Below are positions 62,190 to 64,000 of a DNA stretch of 64,000 nt, one piece after another. Source of the DNA: Harriotta raleighana. Its lineage: Eukaryota. Location of the stretch: NCBI GenBank assembly GCA_050575255.1, contig JBNZDD010013700.1, positions 6,127,396-6,191,395 on the forward strand. Direction: 5' to 3'. The notes below the pieces were generated by a model. That model was not told the origin of the DNA, made no database searches, and was given only the letters and a program-made list of their open reading frames with translations. How positions within the stretch are numbered: the first letter of the stretch is position 1; each line of letters starts with the position of its first letter. A program made the translations under genes and the position numbers.

Positions 62190-62750
62190 TAATAATCCTT
62201 GCATTTGATATAGCGCTTTTCACTTCTTATCGACATCCCAAAGTGCTTCACAGAAATAAAGTAAATTGACTGAATATTTGTGGGCGGAACGCGGCAGTCA
62301 ATTGCCACAGCAGTGTCCCACAAACAGTCATGGATTGAAATGATCAATTTTATTATTGTGTTTTTTTTGAACGGATTATTATTAGGCATGTTGAGTAAGG
62401 AAACTTGCCCAAGGGTTTGCCCTAATCTGCCTGGATTAGAACACAGGTCTCATGCTTATAAAGCAAGTGGTCTAACCACTGAGCCACAGGAGCTCCACAA
62501 AGAAGGTGGTTGATGAACAGTAGCAATCACATTTATTTAAAGTTATCCCTTAATGTAAAATAATAATAATAAACAATCCTTGCATTTGACATAGCACTTA
62601 ATCAGGTCTTTGAGACCTCTCTAAGTGCTAAGTTTGTAAAGTGAATTGAATTTATTTTGTGGGAGAAACGTGGCAGCCAATTGAGCACAACCAGTGTCCC
62701 ACAAACAGTCATGGATTGAGTGACCAAATTATTATTATTTTTTGAAAGGT
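62190..62750 (-). mobile_element. Full-length tRNA-SINE (62190-62496) and a second 3' fragment (62570-62750)
   Basis: Head GGAGCTCCTGTGGCTCAGTGGTTAGA; (TAA)n tails. Confidence 0.9.
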
Positions 62751-62756
62751 ATTACA

Positions 62757-64000
62757 CAACAACAACAAAATTACATTTGTAAAGCACCTTTCATGTCGGG
62801 AGGACGTCCCAAGGTGCTGAACAGTCGGGGATCAGGACCCTAGTGTGGGAGACAGGGTTAGAATGAGGGAGGGCAAAGAGTTAGAAGGGCGGCTGAAGGC
62901 ACAGTCAAAAGGAGGGTCTTGAGTTATGCCTTGGAGGAGGCAAGGGAGGGAGCAAAGCTAACGGATTGTGGGATGTATTTCCAAAGGGTGGGGTAAAAGT
63001 AGATGAAAGCACATCCACCGATGGTAGGGCGGGTTGCGAGGGAGAAATGGAGCAGGGCAAAGCATGCAGAATAAAGGAAGCAGACAGTTGATAGGAGGTT
63101 AGCAGGTGAGAGAGGTAGGAGGGCACAAGGCCATAGAGGAGGAGGATTTTATCCTCTAAGGGATAGGGTGCCAGTGGAGCTGGGCAAGGATGGGGCTGAT
63201 GGGGTCATGAAGCCTGGTGCAGGAGAGGACATGAGCTGCAGAGTTCCAGATGATTTGCAGTTTAAGGAGGAAAGAGTTGGGGAGCCAGACAAGGTGGGAG
63301 ATTCCATAGACATGTCTTGAGGTAACAAATGCATGTATGAGGGTTTTGGCTGTCTGAGGGGTGAGCCAGTGACAGAGTCAGGCACTGTTGCGGAGGTGGG
63401 GGAAGGCAGAGTGGATCATGTCACGGATATCGGAGAGAAAGGACAGATAGGAGTTGAACAAGACACCCAGATTCCTGACTGGCTTGGTGAAGTGGAGTGT
63501 GCATCCATGGATACTGATGTTGCCAGCACCTGAGGTATGGAGGGCATTGGTCTTGCTGACATTTAGCTGTAGAAAGTTGTCTCTCATCCAAGTTGTCTCT
63601 ACAATAGTCTGTCAGGTCATGTTGAGGGTGGAGGCAGAGAGATAGAGTTGGGTGGCATCCATTGTGTGCAAGTTGACAGATGATATCACCAAATGAGAGC
63701 ATGTAGAGGTTGAAGAGGACAGGACTAAGAACACAAGACTGTGCAAGAACTGGAAGACAAATCATTGTTGGAAATAAATTGGAGACGTTGTGGGAGATAA
63801 GACCTGAGATATTCAAGGACAGAAGCTTGAAGATTGAGGTGAGAGGAGAAACGGTGGAAGAGGATGGAGTAGTCCATTGTATCAAAGGCAGTAGAAAGCT
63901 CAAGGCGGACAATGAAGCAGAGGTCACCAATGGACAGGGTATTGTTTGTGTCCTTGACCAGGGCAGTTTCCTTGCTTCGCCTTTGCCTTGCTCCCTCTTC
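62757..64000 (-). mobile_element. L2 LINE fragment with a degenerate RT domain, running to or beyond the window end
   Basis: ETALVKDTN, LELSTAFDTMDYSILF, QSCVLSPVLFNLYM, WMRDNFLQLNVSKT, VRNLGVLFNSYLSF; (CAA)n tail at 62757. Confidence 0.93.

Overview
Repeat-rich, AT-rich vertebrate non-coding DNA (intergenic or inside a large intron). The repeat content points to a cartilaginous fish, probably a holocephalan (inference from recalled consensus sequences): CR1 LINEs with (ATTCTATG)n tails, many L2 fragments, Deu-domain SacSINE1/AmnSINE1-like SINEs, an abundant tRNA-headed SINE with an L2-type (TTA)n tail, a Penelope-like fragment, and Tigger-like and hAT-Charlie-like MITEs. No host protein-coding exon, tRNA, rRNA or CRISPR array can be supported; every recognisable ORF is a decayed LINE ORF2 fragment. 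Seven single-N scaffold joins are each flanked by duplicated sequence that looks like two haplotypes. Two of them show empty and filled alleles of retrotransposon insertions, implying recent L2-driven activity. Other points of interest are a ~165-bp-arm, ~95% identical inverted repeat whose loop has intron-like ends, a local duplication preserving the empty site of a hAT MITE, a decayed hammerhead-ribozyme motif in the Penelope element, templated-insertion repair scars, and repeat-free enhancer-like blocks. I found no convincing new biological system; the best candidates are ranked in the findings.
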